A stretch of 51,814 nucleotides of DNA from an uncultured bacterium (GCA_905216045.1 CAJMSL010000001.1:1-51814), one strand, 5' to 3'. Positions 10,234 through 19,930 are shown, counted from the stretch's first letter. Made by a program: numbers and translations. The notes: a model not told the origin generated them from the sequence alone.

Positions 10234-11510
10234 TGGTCTCCTCGGCCGAAATGGTCCTTTGGGCAATCCACCACGCCACGACGCTGCTCTTTGGCGTCTT
10301 TGCCTCGGCGGCACTGTGCGGTGTCGAGATCAACCGGCGTCATGCGCTTGAACTGGTGTTGGTCGGTGCCGTAACCGGATGCGCATTTGGCCTCGCCAAT
10401 GCCGTCGGCGGCGAGCTTTTTGCCCGCCAGGTATATCCGCTCGTCGTGCATCTGCCGCTCGTCATCTATTTGTGCGCGCGCTACCGCCTGAGCCCGCTGC
10501 TTGCCGTGCTCGGCATTACGAGTGCCTATCTGAGCTGCCAGTTCAGCAATTGGATGGGCATCGCCGCATTTGCCGCAACCGATTCTCAGATCGCGTACTA
10601 TCTGGCGCGCATCGCGACCACACTCGCCGTCTTTGCCGTCCTGATGCATTGGGCCGGCGACATCGGTCCGCGCTTGGCGATTAAAAGCACCACCGAGCTG
10701 GGCATCCTTTTAATCCTGCCGCTCGTCTATTACGTCTTTGACTATGCCACCAACGTCTACACCACGCTGTTCCACTCGGGCTCGGTGGTGACGGTTGAGT
10801 TTTTGGCATTTGCGCTCTGTGCCTTCTATCTTATGTTTCTTGCCGTTTACCTGCGCGAATACGAAGAAAAGGAAACCGCCGAGCGAGAGCGCTGGATGCT
10901 CGAAACCCGCGACAACGCCGCCATCAAAGCGCTCGAGGCTTGGCGTCAATCTGGGCGCGAGCTGTCGATTCTTCGCCACGATATGCGCCACTTCCTACGC
11001 GGCCTGGCCGCTTTAATTGAGGAGGGCCACACCGACGAGGCGCTCAAACGCATCGATGAACTCTGCGAAGTCGGCGATCGCACCGCCGTACGTCGCTTCT
11101 GCGCCAACGAGACCGTAAACATCGCGCTTTCGTCATTTAACTCGGATATCAATAGAAACGGCATTACCGCCAACCTGCGCGCCGCCGTACCCGAAACCAT
11201 CCACGTAGGTGACGCCGACCTGTTTAGCGTGCTCTCAAATGCCTTGGAAAACGCTATCACCGCCGCAAGCGCCGCACCCCAAGGAAAGCGATTCGTCGAC
11301 TTTGACCTGCGATTAGAGGACGGCCAGCTGCTGCTGTTAGTTTCCAACACGTTTGACCGCGCGCCGCGCATGGTCGATGGCATGCCCGTGACCCGGCATG
11401 CGGGCCACGGCTTTGGCACCAGGAGCATCAAACTTGCCGTGGAGCGCATGAACGGCAACTGTCAGTTCCGCATTAACGGCGATCGGTTTGAGCTGCGCGC
11501 TGTGATGTAG
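10233..11510 (+). CDS. Membrane GHKL sensor histidine kinase (AgrC/VirS-like)
   Basis: Multi-TM N-terminus, LRHDMRH H-box, NALENAI N-box, GHGFG G-box; coupled to the regulator. Confidence 0.9.
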   Translation: MVSSAEMVLWAIHHATTLLFGVFASAALCGVEINRRHALELVLVGAVTGCAFGLANAVGGELFARQVYPLVVHLPLVIYLCARYRLSPLLAVLGITSAYLSCQFSNWMGIAAFAATDSQIAYYLARIATTLAVFAVLMHWAGDIGPRLAIKSTTELGILLILPLVYYVFDYATNVYTTLFHSGSVVTVEFLAFALCAFYLMFLAVYLREYEEKETAERERWMLETRDNAAIKALEAWRQSGRELSILRHDMRHFLRGLAALIEEGHTDEALKRIDELCEVGDRTAVRRFCANETVNIALSSFNSDINRNGITANLRAAVPETIHVGDADLFSVLSNALENAITAASAAPQGKRFVDFDLRLEDGQLLLLVSNTFDRAPRMVDGMPVTRHAGHGFGTRSIKLAVERMNGNCQFRINGDRFELRAVM

Positions 11511-11574
11511 AAGTGCGGCGCCGATCTCGAGGCGCGCCTTGCCCGCCAGGCAATCGCTCGCCGGCGCCAATCCG

Positions 11575-12150
11575 CTACAGCGGCGCGGCTGCCGGGGTCA
11601 GCTGCTTGATGTATGCCCACATGCGCTGCTTGGCGGCTTTGTCAGTGAGCGCCGCCTCAAAACCGTCGAGCGCGAGCACGCGGCGACCCTGCACATGGGC
11701 GACCAAGCCGGGCTTGAGCATGGCGGTGTCGAAGTCATCGATCGCCACGAGCATATCGGCGTAGGTCTCGCGCATGGCGTCAGCCGCGTTGTTGTCGAGC
11801 AGTAGCACCGCCTCGGGGTCCAAAGCCTCAAGCGCCTCACGGAACAGCTCGCACGGCAGAGTCTCGCCCACCGCGACCGCTCCGTCACCCACGCCGGCGA
11901 CGCTTGCCAGCACGCAAAAATCCTCGGGCGCGTAGCCGATGGCCCCAAGCGCCTTGCGCAACGCCGCGCCATCCGGGCCGGCGGCAAGCTCGCCACCCGA
12001 ACGCTCGGCCTCGTCCAAATCGCCTTTGACCAGCACGATCGGCGAGCACGCGTTGCCCGCAATACGCACGCCACGGACCGCAAGCGATGTGAGCTCCTGC
12101 TCGGCCGCCTGGGCGATGGCTTCTTTTTTCTGGCTTTGTGACGTGGACAT
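11575..12150 (-). CDS. Hypothetical protein, degenerate uracil-DNA glycosylase family-4-like fold
   Basis: GN..SPIVLVKG..E..G...AGPDG.ALRKAL.AIG...C..F.E.LEALDPEAVLLL...AA spacing resembles UDG4, catalytic motifs absent. Confidence 0.5.
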   Translation of the reverse strand: MSTSQSQKKEAIAQAAEQELTSLAVRGVRIAGNACSPIVLVKGDLDEAERSGGELAAGPDGAALRKALGAIGYAPEDFCVLASVAGVGDGAVAVGETLPCELFREALEALDPEAVLLLDNNAADAMRETYADMLVAIDDFDTAMLKPGLVAHVQGRRVLALDGFEAALTDKAAKQRMWAYIKQLTPAAAPL

Positions 12151-12286
12151 GCGCTCTCCAATCGTTTGCGTGCCCACCATTATATAAAAGAGCTGCCCGC
12201 GAGTGGTTGCTTTGCGGGCGGCTGGGTATAAGCACGGTCGTACTGAGTTTTACGCGGCCGAGCCGCGTCGCATTATGGAGGTCACC

Positions 12287-12607
12287 ATGGCTGACATTAA
12301 TCAGATTACCCCCGAGAACTTCGATTCCATCGTTAACGACAGCCTGCCCGTGCTGGTCGATTTTTGGGCACCGTGGTGCGGGCCCTGTCGATCCCTCTCG
12401 CCCATCGTTGACGAGGTTGCCGATGAGCTGGCGGGCAAGCTCGCCGTTGCCAAGTGCAACGTCGACGACAACCAGGACCTGGCCATGAAGTATGGCGTCA
12501 TGAGCATCCCCACGCTGATTGTGTTTAAGAACGGCGAGGAGATTGACCGCTCAGTTGGCGCTCTGCCCAAGGCGAGGCTGCAGGCGCTGCTGGAAAAGCA
12601 TCTGTAA
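12287..12607 (+). CDS. trxA: Thioredoxin
   Basis: DFWAPWCGPC, SIPTL; GGAGG RBS before ATG 12287. Confidence 0.97.
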   Translation: MADINQITPENFDSIVNDSLPVLVDFWAPWCGPCRSLSPIVDEVADELAGKLAVAKCNVDDNQDLAMKYGVMSIPTLIVFKNGEEIDRSVGALPKARLQALLEKHL

Positions 12608-12828
12608 TACGCTTGTTACTTACCCGCCGTCTATGAGCGCTTTTGCACCGCTCGCCGGACTTCTGGATGCACCGAGTGCAACCACGGATAATATGGTAGT
12701 CACAAACAGCCCCCAGTGAACGGGTGCGGGTCGCACAGACTCGTACCCGTTTTCTTATGCAGCTGTGCGCAGAGCGGGCGTAGTAAAATCTGAACCACTG
12801 AACTGCCCCATACAAAAGGAGATTTCCC

Positions 12829-13077
12829 ATGCATGATGTTGGAATGAACATGAGCCAGCTTGCCATGAGCGTCAAACAGGTCGACGACACCATCGAGCTC
12901 GCTCATGAGTGGAGCCATCAGTTGCTGCATGCGACCGAGAATTTTGACATGGAGCGCATCGGCGCCAAGCTCGAGGCCGCCATGGCCGCGCTCCACGAGG
13001 CGCATGACGCGCTCGAGGGCTACGAGGAAGCCATCGAGGCCGACCACAACTCCGTCGGCTCCGTGAAGCTGGTGTAA
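12829..13077 (+). CDS. Small His/Glu-rich helical protein of unknown function
   Basis: AGGAG RBS, 82 aa, abuts nikR. Confidence 0.75.
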   Translation: MHDVGMNMSQLAMSVKQVDDTIELAHEWSHQLLHATENFDMERIGAKLEAAMAALHEAHDALEGYEEAIEADHNSVGSVKLV

Positions 13078-13078
13078 G

Positions 13079-13591
13079 GTGGCCGAACACGAGCACTGCT
13101 GCGAGTACGAGCACGAGCATCCGCACGGGGCGGACGGTGACGCGGGCTGCCACTGTAGTGGCTCCGGCTCCGAGCTGGTCCGTTTTTCGGTTACCGCACC
13201 CGACGACCTGCTGCGCCGTTTTGACGAGCAGATCGCGCGCCGCGGCGACGTGGCCAACCGCTCCGAGGCCGTGCGCGATTTGATTCGCGCCTCGATCGCC
13301 AAAGAGCAGATGCGCACGCCCGATGAGCACGTTATCGGGTCGCTCACCATGATCTACGACCATCACACCGGCGATCTGACGCGCCGCCTGGACGAGGTGC
13401 AGCACGACTACACCGACGAGATCGTATCGACGATGCACGTGCATTTGGATCACCACAACTGCTTGGAAATCCTGGCACTCAAGGGTCGCGGCGAGCGCGT
13501 CTACGAACTAGCCGACCGCCTGCTGGGCCTGCGCGGCGTTAAGCACGGCGAGCTCACGTGCGCCGCCACCAAGCAGAGCCTGGGGCTGTAG
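13079..13591 (+). CDS. nikR: Nickel-responsive regulator NikR with His/Cys-rich N-terminal tail
   Basis: RFSV RHH, NRSEAVRDLIR, YDHH, H.HLDHHNCLE. Confidence 0.93.
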   Translation: MAEHEHCCEYEHEHPHGADGDAGCHCSGSGSELVRFSVTAPDDLLRRFDEQIARRGDVANRSEAVRDLIRASIAKEQMRTPDEHVIGSLTMIYDHHTGDLTRRLDEVQHDYTDEIVSTMHVHLDHHNCLEILALKGRGERVYELADRLLGLRGVKHGELTCAATKQSLGL

Positions 13592-13609
13592 CGGGATTTC
13601 CCGCAGCGC

Positions 13610-13689
13610 ACCTGCCAAATAGGGACAGGTTTGTTTTGGCAGGTTTAGAAGTTTTACCTACCAAAATAAACCTGTCTATTTTGGTCGGT
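13610..13689. repeat. Inverted pair of REP-like hairpins (CCAAAA.AAACCTGTC family)
   Basis: ACCTGCCAAA-tagggacaggtttgt-TTTGGCAGGT then ACCTACCAAAATAAACCTGTCTATTTTGGTCGGT; third copy at 21705. Confidence 0.75.
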
Positions 13690-13707
13690 TTTGATGAGGG
13701 GTGTCGC

Positions 13708-16179
13708 ATGCGGCATGTGCATATTCATGTGACGGGCATTGTGCAGGGCGTTGGCATGCGACCGTTTGTGTATCGCGAGGCCATGGCGCATGGCATTTGC
13801 GGATGGGTGCTCAATGCGGGCGACGGCGTGCATATCGAGGCGCACGCTCCGGCCGATGCGCTCGATGCTTTTGTTGCCGCGCTTTCTGAGCATGCACCTG
13901 CAGCAGCCCGCATAGAGTATGTCGAGGTTGTGGACCTGGCAGCCAACGGTTGGGATGCCGCCGATGAACAGGGCTTTCGCATCGTAGCATCGCAGGGCCA
14001 GCCCGCACACACGACGCTCGTCTCGCCCGACATCGCTACCTGTGACGATTGCCTGCGCGAATTGTTCGATCCCGCCGACCGACGCTATCACTACCCCTTT
14101 ATCAACTGCACTAACTGCGGCCCACGCTTTACCATCATCCGATCGCTGCCTTATGACCGAGCGGCCACGTCGATGGATTGTTTTCCCATGTGTCCCAAGT
14201 GCGCTGCGGAGTATGTCGACCCACTCGACCGGCGTTTTCACGCGCAGCCCGATGCCTGCTTTGATTGCGGGCCGCATATTACGTGGCGCGAGGTTGTAAA
14301 CGGCAATGCGTGCGGGAATTCGTCCGCGACACCGGCCGTCGGCACCACACGCGAGGCCAGCGACGCTATCATCGAGCGCTGCGTTGAGCTGCTGGCCAGC
14401 GGTGGCATCGTCGCCATCAAGGGCCTGGGCGGATTCCATCTAGCCTGTGACGCTGCCAACGAGCAGGCGGTGGCCGAGTTGCGCCGTCGCAAACGCCGCA
14501 GCAACAAACCACTTGCCGTCATGGTACGTAGTCTTGCTGATACCGAGCGCCTGTGTCATATCGATGATGCTGAACGCGATCTGCTCGCTGGCAGTATCCG
14601 CCCCATCGTGCTGCTGCGCCGGCGCACTGTTAGCGAGGACAACGACGGTTCCCCCGACATCCTCGCCCTCGCGCCATCTGTCGCGCACGACCTGCCCGAG
14701 CTCGGCGTCATGCTCCCCTATACGCCGCTTCAACATCTGTTGCTTGCCGCGGCAGAAGTCTGCGGTATGCACGCGCTCGTCATGACCAGCGGAAACCTGA
14801 GCGAAGAACCCATCGAGACCGACGACGACCTTGCCTGGGAACACCTCGTTGCCGCCGGCATCGCCGACGCGCTGCTCGGTAACGACCGCGCGATCCTCTC
14901 GCGCTACGACGACTCTGTAGTGCGCGTGGTCGACGGCGCCATTATGCCCGTTCGCCGCGCTCGCGGATATGCACCCCAGCCACTGCCGTTGCCGGCGCTC
15001 GACGGCGCTCCGTCCTGCGTGCTCGCCTGCGGGCCACAACAAAAGGCCACGATTGCGCTCACGCGTGAAGGGACGAACGGCGAGGCGACCTGTTTTGTGT
15101 CGCAGCATATCGGCGATGTTGAAAACGGCGGGACCTTCGATGCCTGGAACGCCGCGCGCACGCGCTTGGAAGATCTCTTTGACTTGGCGCCCGCCGCCTT
15201 GGCCTGCGATGTGCACCCCAGCTATCTATCGGGCCAGTGGGCGCGCGAGCAGGCGCGAAAATGCAATCTGCCGCTCGTCGAGGTGCGGCACCATCATGCG
15301 CATATCGCGAGCGTAATGGCCGAGGCCATCGCCGCGGGCCAGCTTACAACCGACGCGCGTGTCCTTGGCATCGCCTTTGACGGCACCGGCGCCGGCACCG
15401 ATGGGACCATTTGGGGCGGCGAGTTTCTTGTTGCCAGCCTTGGCGGCTTTGAGCACGCCGCGCATTTGCGCACTTGGGCGCTCCCCGGTGGGGCGGCCTC
15501 CGTGCGCGACGCCCGCCGCAACGCCTTTGCCCTGCTCAGTGAGCTCGGCCTGCTCGAGCACCCAGGTGCCGCTCGGCTTTTGGACAGCCTCGACGAGCAA
15601 ACGCGCAGCGTGACAGCTACCATGATCGAGCGCGGCATCAACAGCCCGCGTACCAGCAGCATGGGGCGTCTCTTTGATGCCGCGGCGGCGATTCTGGGCA
15701 TCTGCAACAAGGCAACCTACGAGGGCGAACCCGCCATCGAGCTTGAGGCCGCCGCCTGGCGCGCGCTCGACAACGAAATCGCCCATTTTCCCGACGACAA
15801 CGCCGGCTATTTCGCATCTTGCCCATCGTGGCTGGACGGCCCCTATGTTCTAGACCAGAAAGCACTCTTTGAGGCACTTTTGGGAGGAATTGAAGCCGGA
15901 GCGCCCGCCGACAGGCTCGCACTCGACTTCCATGTCGCCGTCGCGCGCTCCTCGGCGCGCATCGCCAGCGATATCTGCGTGCACGAGGGCATCGACACCG
16001 TCGCGCTCTCGGGCGGCGTGTTCATGAACCGACTTCTGCTTCAGCTTCTCACCCGCGAGCTCAAAAGCATGGGTCTCACTGTCTTGATTCCCCAAACCGT
16101 GCCCGTTAACGACGGCTGCATCGCCTACGGTCAGGCGGCAGTCGCAAGCGCTCGTCTTGCGCAGATTGCATCGCAGTAG
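13708..16179 (+). CDS. hypF: Carbamoyltransferase HypF
   Basis: G.VQGVGMRPFVY acylphosphatase domain, CxxC Zn fingers, IKGLGGFHLAC, HHHAH, DG.G.G.DG..WGGE, NDG.IA.GQ. Confidence 0.97.
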   Translation: MRHVHIHVTGIVQGVGMRPFVYREAMAHGICGWVLNAGDGVHIEAHAPADALDAFVAALSEHAPAAARIEYVEVVDLAANGWDAADEQGFRIVASQGQPAHTTLVSPDIATCDDCLRELFDPADRRYHYPFINCTNCGPRFTIIRSLPYDRAATSMDCFPMCPKCAAEYVDPLDRRFHAQPDACFDCGPHITWREVVNGNACGNSSATPAVGTTREASDAIIERCVELLASGGIVAIKGLGGFHLACDAANEQAVAELRRRKRRSNKPLAVMVRSLADTERLCHIDDAERDLLAGSIRPIVLLRRRTVSEDNDGSPDILALAPSVAHDLPELGVMLPYTPLQHLLLAAAEVCGMHALVMTSGNLSEEPIETDDDLAWEHLVAAGIADALLGNDRAILSRYDDSVVRVVDGAIMPVRRARGYAPQPLPLPALDGAPSCVLACGPQQKATIALTREGTNGEATCFVSQHIGDVENGGTFDAWNAARTRLEDLFDLAPAALACDVHPSYLSGQWAREQARKCNLPLVEVRHHHAHIASVMAEAIAAGQLTTDARVLGIAFDGTGAGTDGTIWGGEFLVASLGGFEHAAHLRTWALPGGAASVRDARRNAFALLSELGLLEHPGAARLLDSLDEQTRSVTATMIERGINSPRTSSMGRLFDAAAAILGICNKATYEGEPAIELEAAAWRALDNEIAHFPDDNAGYFASCPSWLDGPYVLDQKALFEALLGGIEAGAPADRLALDFHVAVARSSARIASDICVHEGIDTVALSGGVFMNRLLLQLLTRELKSMGLTVLIPQTVPVNDGCIAYGQAAVASARLAQIASQ

Positions 16180-16310
16180 GCTGTTCGGCCAGCCCGCAAG
16201 CCGCCGTCTCACAGGTGTAGCGCGTTTGCCCGCAGCGCCCGCGAGCGCTACCATCAACTGATGGATTATTGAGCGCCCGTCCAGCGCAAAGCGTATAAAA
16301 GGGGAACAAT

Positions 16311-16571
16311 ATGTGCCTTGCCGTTCCCGGTAAAGTAGTCAAACGCGACGACGACCTCAAGGCCACCGTCGACATGATGGGCATCGAGCGCCCCGTGTCG
16401 CTGCGACTCGTGCCGATGGCGCAGGTTGGCGACTATATTCTCGTACACGCCGGCTTTGGCATCCAGATTGTCGACGAGCAGGAAGCACAGGAAACGCTCG
16501 AGCTTGTTAATGCCATGTCCGAGCTGGTCGAAGAAGACCAGCTGGCCACCAACCCGGCGGAGGCTTACTAG
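16311..16571 (+). CDS. hypC: Hydrogenase maturation chaperone HypC
   Basis: MCLAVPG N-terminus, GDY.LVHAGF. Confidence 0.97.
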   Translation: MCLAVPGKVVKRDDDLKATVDMMGIERPVSLRLVPMAQVGDYILVHAGFGIQIVDEQEAQETLELVNAMSELVEEDQLATNPAEAY

Positions 16572-17686
16572 TGGCGCCCGAGCAGCCGGCTCGCTCCGGT
16601 ATCGATTTCTCAGCATTCCGCGATCCCAAGCTGGCTCGCGAGCTCATCGAGCGCATTCATGAGCTTGTCGGCGACCGCACCATCAACCTTATGGAAGTCT
16701 GCGGCACGCATACCGTGAGCATCGGGCGCTATGGCTTTCGCTCCATTATGCCGGCCGGGCTCAAGCTGCTGAGCGGCCCGGGCTGCCCCGTCTGCGTCAC
16801 CGCCAACCGCGACATCGACCACGCAATCGCGCTCGCCAACATAGACGGCGCCATCATCACCACCTTTGGCGACATGATGCGCGTGCCCGGATCATCCACC
16901 TCGCTCGCTGCGCAAAAGGCGGCGGGGCGCGATATCCGCATTGTGTACTCCCCGCTCGACGCGCTCGACATTGCCGAGCAAAACCCTGATCGCCCGGTCA
17001 TTTTTATGGGCGTGGGCTTCGAGACTACGACGCCCACCATCGCCGCCGCCATCTTGGAGGCCGAGGCGCGCGGGCTTTTGAACTTCTCGGTCTATTGCGC
17101 CCACAAGACCACGCCGCCGGCGTTGCGCGCCATCGCCAACGACCCCGAGACCGCCATCGACGGCTTTATCCTGCCGGGCCACGTCGCCACCATCACGGGC
17201 TTGGCGCCCTTCAGCTTTTTGGTCGACGAGTTCGATACCCCGGGCGTGGTCACGGGATTTGAACCGGTCGATATCCTGCAGGGCATCTGCATGCTGGTCC
17301 AGATGGTTGTCGAGGACAGGCCGGCGATCGACAATGCCTACCGCCGCGGTGTCAATGCGAACGGCAACCCCGTGGCGCGCCAACTGGTCGAGCAGGTGTT
17401 TGAGCCGTGCGGCACCACATGGCGCGGTCTGGGGCCGATTGCCAACTCGGGCCTCGCAATCCGCCCCGAGTTCTTGCGTTTTGATGCCCGTGCTCGCTTT
17501 GACGTGCCCGTTGAGGCGACGGTCGAGCCGCGTGGATGCCGCTGCGGCGACGTGCTGCGCGGGGCCATTACGCCAAGCAGCTGCCCGCTCTTTGGCCGCA
17601 CCTGCACGCCCGAGCACCCCGTCGGCCCGTGCATGGTGAGCTCCGAGGGCAGCTGCGCGGCTTACTACCGCTACCGCGACTATTAG
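16571..17686 (+). CDS. hypD: Hydrogenase maturation protein HypD
   Basis: MEVCGTH, GPGCPVC, GFETT, PGHV, CMVSSEGSCAAYY. Confidence 0.98.
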   Translation: MAPEQPARSGIDFSAFRDPKLARELIERIHELVGDRTINLMEVCGTHTVSIGRYGFRSIMPAGLKLLSGPGCPVCVTANRDIDHAIALANIDGAIITTFGDMMRVPGSSTSLAAQKAAGRDIRIVYSPLDALDIAEQNPDRPVIFMGVGFETTTPTIAAAILEAEARGLLNFSVYCAHKTTPPALRAIANDPETAIDGFILPGHVATITGLAPFSFLVDEFDTPGVVTGFEPVDILQGICMLVQMVVEDRPAIDNAYRRGVNANGNPVARQLVEQVFEPCGTTWRGLGPIANSGLAIRPEFLRFDARARFDVPVEATVEPRGCRCGDVLRGAITPSSCPLFGRTCTPEHPVGPCMVSSEGSCAAYYRYRDY

Positions 17687-17767
17687 GTTCCGCCGTTCTA
17701 ACGAATGGCGGACCGATCGACGCCGCCCCTCACCCATATAATTCCACCCACGATTGGAGTTTTCGAT

Positions 17768-18802
17768 ATGTCCCATAGCATCACCGATAGCACCGTCCTG
17801 TTGGGCCACGGCTCCGGCGGACAGATGATGAAGCGCATCATCGATGAGGTCTTTTTGGATGCCTTTGGTTCGCCCGAGCTGCTCGAAGGCAACGATGCCG
17901 GCGTCGCCGCGCTGCCCGCGAGCGGGCGCATCGCCATGTCGACCGACAGCTTTGTAGTCTCGCCGCAGTTCTTCCCCGGTGGCAACATCGGCCGCCTCGC
18001 CGTGTGCGGAACCGTCAACGACGTCGCGACCTCGGGTGCCAACGTGCGCTACCTGTCGTGCGGCTTTATCCTCGAAGAGGGCTATCCCATGGATAGGCTC
18101 CGCCAGATTGTGCAGACGATGGCCGAGACGGCGCACGAGGCGGGCGTGTCCATAATCACGGGCGACACCAAGGTGGTCGAGCGCGGCGGGGCCGACGGCG
18201 TCTATATCAATACCGCCGGCGTGGGCGAGGTGCCTGCGGGCGTGGCGCTCAGCGGCGCAAACTGCCAGCCCGGCGATGTCATCCTGGTCTCGGGTACACT
18301 GGGCGACCACGGCATCGCTATCATGAGCCAACGCGAGGGTCTGGCGTTTTCGAGCACGATCGAAAGCGACGCCGCGCCGCTCAACCACCTGATTGCCGAT
18401 GTGCTTTCCGCAGCACCCGACACACGCTGCTTCCGCGACCCCACGCGCGGTGGCCTGGCCTCGACGCTCAACGAGTTTGCGCAGGCCAGCGGCGTTGCCA
18501 TGGAGATCGACGAGGACGATGTGCCCGTGCGCCCCGACGTGCAGGCAGCCTGCGAGATGCTCGGCTACGATGTGCTGCAGGTGGCAAACGAGGGCAAGAT
18601 GGTTGCCGTCGTGCCGGCCGAGCAAGCCGATGCCGCGCTGAGCGCCATGCGCGCCGCCCGCTACGGCGAGAATGCCGCCATCATCGGCCGCGTGCTGCCA
18701 CTTGCCGAGGGCGCCCATCCCGCCGTGCGCGTGCGCACCGGCTGGGGCTCGACCCGCATCCTCGACATGCTCGTAGGAGAGCAGCTGCCGAGGATTTGCT
18801 AA
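17768..18802 (+). CDS. hypE: Carbamoyl dehydratase HypE
   Basis: HGSGG, TDSFVV, GTVND, GDTKVV, RDPTRGG, C-terminal PRIC. Confidence 0.98.
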   Translation: MSHSITDSTVLLGHGSGGQMMKRIIDEVFLDAFGSPELLEGNDAGVAALPASGRIAMSTDSFVVSPQFFPGGNIGRLAVCGTVNDVATSGANVRYLSCGFILEEGYPMDRLRQIVQTMAETAHEAGVSIITGDTKVVERGGADGVYINTAGVGEVPAGVALSGANCQPGDVILVSGTLGDHGIAIMSQREGLAFSSTIESDAAPLNHLIADVLSAAPDTRCFRDPTRGGLASTLNEFAQASGVAMEIDEDDVPVRPDVQAACEMLGYDVLQVANEGKMVAVVPAEQADAALSAMRAARYGENAAIIGRVLPLAEGAHPAVRVRTGWGSTRILDMLVGEQLPRIC

Positions 18803-18906
18803 CGACAAAGGCTCAGGGCTATTAAAGATATTCAGATTCCAAACATGCCCGGCACGCATGCCCAGTATTATGAGGTGCGTTTTGAAACCCAATGACGGGA
18901 GCTTTC

Positions 18907-19575
18907 ATGGCAGCAGCTTTTTCCCATGTGATTTTTGATCTGGACGGCACCATCCTCAACACGCTCGAGGACCTGGCGGCCGCCGGCAACCATACCTGCG
19001 AGGCGCACGGCTGGCCCACGTTTGCCGTTGACGAGTACCGCTACAAGGTGGGAAACGGCATGCTCAAGCTGGTTGAGCGCTTTATGCCCGCCGAGTACGC
19101 AGGCGACGGCCGCATGTTTGAGCAGACGCTTGCCGAGTTTAGGGCTTACTACGGCGAGCACAAGGAAGACCACACCGCTCCCTATGCCGGCACGATCGAG
19201 ATGCTCGACCGCTTGCGCGCCGCGGGCGTTCAGCTTGCCGTGCTCACTAACAAGGACCACGTCTCGGCGGCTCCGCTTATCGAAAAGTATTTTGGTTCCG
19301 AGCGCTTTGCGCTGGTGCAGGGCCGTGTCGATGCGTTTCCGCCCAAGCCCGAGGCGCCTGTTACGCTGCATGTGATGGAGGAGCTGGGCGCCGATCCGTC
19401 GACCACGCTCTATGTGGGCGATTCCAATGTCGATATCCTGACCGGTCACAACGCCGGCCTTAAGAGTGCAGGCGTCAGCTGGGGCTTCCGCGGCCGCGCA
19501 GAGCTGGAGTCCGCCGGCGCCGACTACGTGGTGGATAGCCAGGCAGAGCTCGCGGCGCTGGTGCTGGGCGAGTAA
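18907..19575 (+). CDS. HAD-family phosphatase (phosphoglycolate phosphatase-like)
   Basis: FDLDGT, LTNK, KP.., YVGDS..D. Confidence 0.9.
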   Translation: MAAAFSHVIFDLDGTILNTLEDLAAAGNHTCEAHGWPTFAVDEYRYKVGNGMLKLVERFMPAEYAGDGRMFEQTLAEFRAYYGEHKEDHTAPYAGTIEMLDRLRAAGVQLAVLTNKDHVSAAPLIEKYFGSERFALVQGRVDAFPPKPEAPVTLHVMEELGADPSTTLYVGDSNVDILTGHNAGLKSAGVSWGFRGRAELESAGADYVVDSQAELAALVLGE

Positions 19576-19616
19576 CGAGCGACACTGCTTAACGCAGCTG
19601 CGACAATTCTTCCGCG

Positions 19617-19788
19617 CGGAAAGCGCATCCCGTTTTGGAGCTCCGGAATGGGATATGCTTTCCGTTTGAGGCGCATCAGGGAAACCGCATCCCGTTTCAG
19701 AGCAATATTCCGGGTCGCACTTTCCGCAACCCACCCCATCCGGAAAATGCGACCCACTATTCGGCCAAAAACCGGGTCGCATCTTCCC
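19617..19788. repeat. Second array of three 62-bp-period palindromic units
   Basis: (C/G)GGAAA at 19617, 19679, 19741; same unit as 4681-4852. Confidence 0.85.
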
Positions 19789-19862
19789 AAGCACTCGATG
19801 CAACGCTGGCACAAGGAGTGTCCCCAACTACCGGCAGAAAAGGAACGTCCCCAAGTGCCGCC

Positions 19863-19910
19863 TGGTCATTTAAGAACGTCCCCAATGACTAAGAACGTCC
19901 CCAATGACTA
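19863..19910. repeat. GTCCCC-loop hairpin with 19-bp tandem duplication
   Basis: GTCATT-TAAGAACGTCCCC-AATGAC then AAGAACGTCCCCAATGACT again. Confidence 0.8.
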
Positions 19911-19930
19911 CAAGTGCCGCACCATGGCAA

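Noticed and set aside
12780..12815. NikR operator (GTAGTA..CCATAC)
   Set aside because: Spacing does not fit GTATGA-N16-TCATAC.
13558..13707. 50-aa N-terminal extension of HypF in the ORF track
   Set aside because: Overlaps nikR and a repeat; ATG 13708 with RBS starts the acylphosphatase domain.
19617..19910. Possible CRISPR array
   Set aside because: Units degenerate, spacers 14 bp or none, only 2-3 units, no cas genes.
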